A DNA stretch of 64,000 bases from Veleropilina oligotropha (Eukaryota), in contig JBEUKZ010000068.1 of assembly GCA_048128005.1 (NCBI GenBank), forward strand, positions 310,001-374,000, written 5' to 3'. The notes under the pieces were generated by a model, which made no database searches, had not been told where the DNA came from, and saw only the letters and a list, made by a program, of their open reading frames with translations. Shown here one piece after another: positions 62,898-64,000 of the stretch. A program made the position numbers and the translations under genes. Numbering within the stretch: the stretch's first letter is position 1; each line of letters begins with the position of its first letter.

Positions 62898-64000
62898 ATG
62901 GCTAAACCAACAACAACAAAAAGACTGAGACAAGAGTCGCCATCCTCGTCTGACGAGGATGACACTCCGACTTATAATTCATCAAACTGGCCACGCTTTT
63001 TATTACTGTCAGATATTGAAGGCAATCTCACGAAAAATCCGCTAACAAAAAATCCCTTTGTCATTCAGAAGACCATCGAAAGCATAGCAGGTACCGTAAA
63101 AAGCGTTAAAAGATTGAGAGATGGGAACCTTCTCATCGAATGTAGTAGAAGGCAGCAATCTCTCAATCTTTTAAAGATCAAAAACTTCGCAAATGCTGCT
63201 GTATTAGTTCAGCCACACTCGTACCTTAATACATCGAAAGGAATTATAAGGGATCGTGACCGATGCCTACAATACCTGTCAGAACGCGAAATTGAAATTG
63301 AGTTGGAACACCAGGGGGTTATGGGTGTAAAACGGTTCACTATTACAAAAGACAACTCCAAAATTCCTACAAACACGTATCTCATGACCTTTGAATCTGC
63401 TATTCGGCCTACACACATCATCGCTGGTTACAACCGCATCGAAGTGGATGTATATTATCCCAATCCACTTCGATGCTTTAGATGCCAGAAATTTGGTCAT
63501 GGTGCAAATAACTGCACCAATTTAGCGAGATGTTTCCGCTGTGGAAGCGAAGAACATGAACATGGCAAAAATTATCAGTGCGACGCCCAATCCAAGTGTG
63601 TGAACTGTAACGGAGACCACACTGCTGGCTCCAAACAGTGTCCCAAGTGGATCTGGGAGTCGAAAATCACTCGACTAAAAACTGATAAAAATATTTCATA
63701 CCCAGAAGCAAAGAAACTCCTAGCATCTGAGTCTGCTCATTCATTTTCTTCTGTTGTTCGGTCATTGGTTCAAAAGCAAGCAGTTACCACCACCTCCACT
63801 GCTTGCCAGACAGAACTGACATGGATCTGCAATGACCAACCAACAACAGTTAGGATTCCGAAACCATCTTCCACAGCAAATACATATCCAGCATCATCGC
63901 AAACTAACAGCAACCAACCTGATGTTCCAACCCAAATTTCTGAATCATCTACTACAAATCATTCGCAATATTATTCCAGATCTCGATCTTCTACTCCTTC
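62898..64000 (+). CDS. B3 ORF1 (partial, open to the window end)
   Basis: MAKPTTTKRLRQESP...NWPRFL...PNPLRCFRCQKFGH. Confidence 0.85.
   Translation, partial: MAKPTTTKRLRQESPSSSDEDDTPTYNSSNWPRFLLLSDIEGNLTKNPLTKNPFVIQKTIESIAGTVKSVKRLRDGNLLIECSRRQQSLNLLKIKNFANAAVLVQPHSYLNTSKGIIRDRDRCLQYLSEREIEIELEHQGVMGVKRFTITKDNSKIPTNTYLMTFESAIRPTHIIAGYNRIEVDVYYPNPLRCFRCQKFGHGANNCTNLARCFRCGSEEHEHGKNYQCDAQSKCVNCNGDHTAGSKQCPKWIWESKITRLKTDKNISYPEAKKLLASESAHSFSSVVRSLVQKQAVTTTSTACQTELTWICNDQPTTVRIPKPSSTANTYPASSQTNSNQPDVPTQISESSTTNHSQYYSRSRSSTP

Larger units (their letters stand above)
62305..64000 (+). mobile_element. LINE family B copy B3 (5' end, runs off the window)
   Basis: 5'UTR nearly identical to B1; ORF1 from 62898. 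Confidence 0.94.

Overview
Eukaryotic, invertebrate-like heterochromatic window made almost entirely of mobile DNA. It holds 11 non-LTR retrotransposon copies of two I-group (Nimb/I-like) families, all on the + strand. Both families have a gag-like zinc-knuckle ORF1 and an APE-RT-RNase H-CCHC ORF2. Family A (8 copies, (AAATC)n tail) and family B (3 copies, (ACTC)n tail) are nested with readable target-site duplications, A3[B1]...[B2[A4]], or joined head to tail. Family B starts at a canonical HDV-like self-cleaving ribozyme. Family A has an unrelated, unrecognised ~70-nt structured module in the same slot. Downstream of that slot both families share a ~450-nt 5'UTR RNA fold with compensatory base changes. 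The non-LINE island (28.5-47.9 kb) contains a spliced minus-strand gene: two C2H2-like fingers, 12 phase-0 micro-exons and a tyrosine recombinase whose catalytic Tyr codon is TAG. It also contains a Tc1 (DD34E) element in that gene's first coding intron, a ~1.1-kb palindrome with six iterated dyad sites just upstream of the gene, a possible Polinton-type polymerase 5' fragment, a 1-kb (TA)n tract and a 151-bp satellite. All family assignments rest on motif reading only; no database searches were run.
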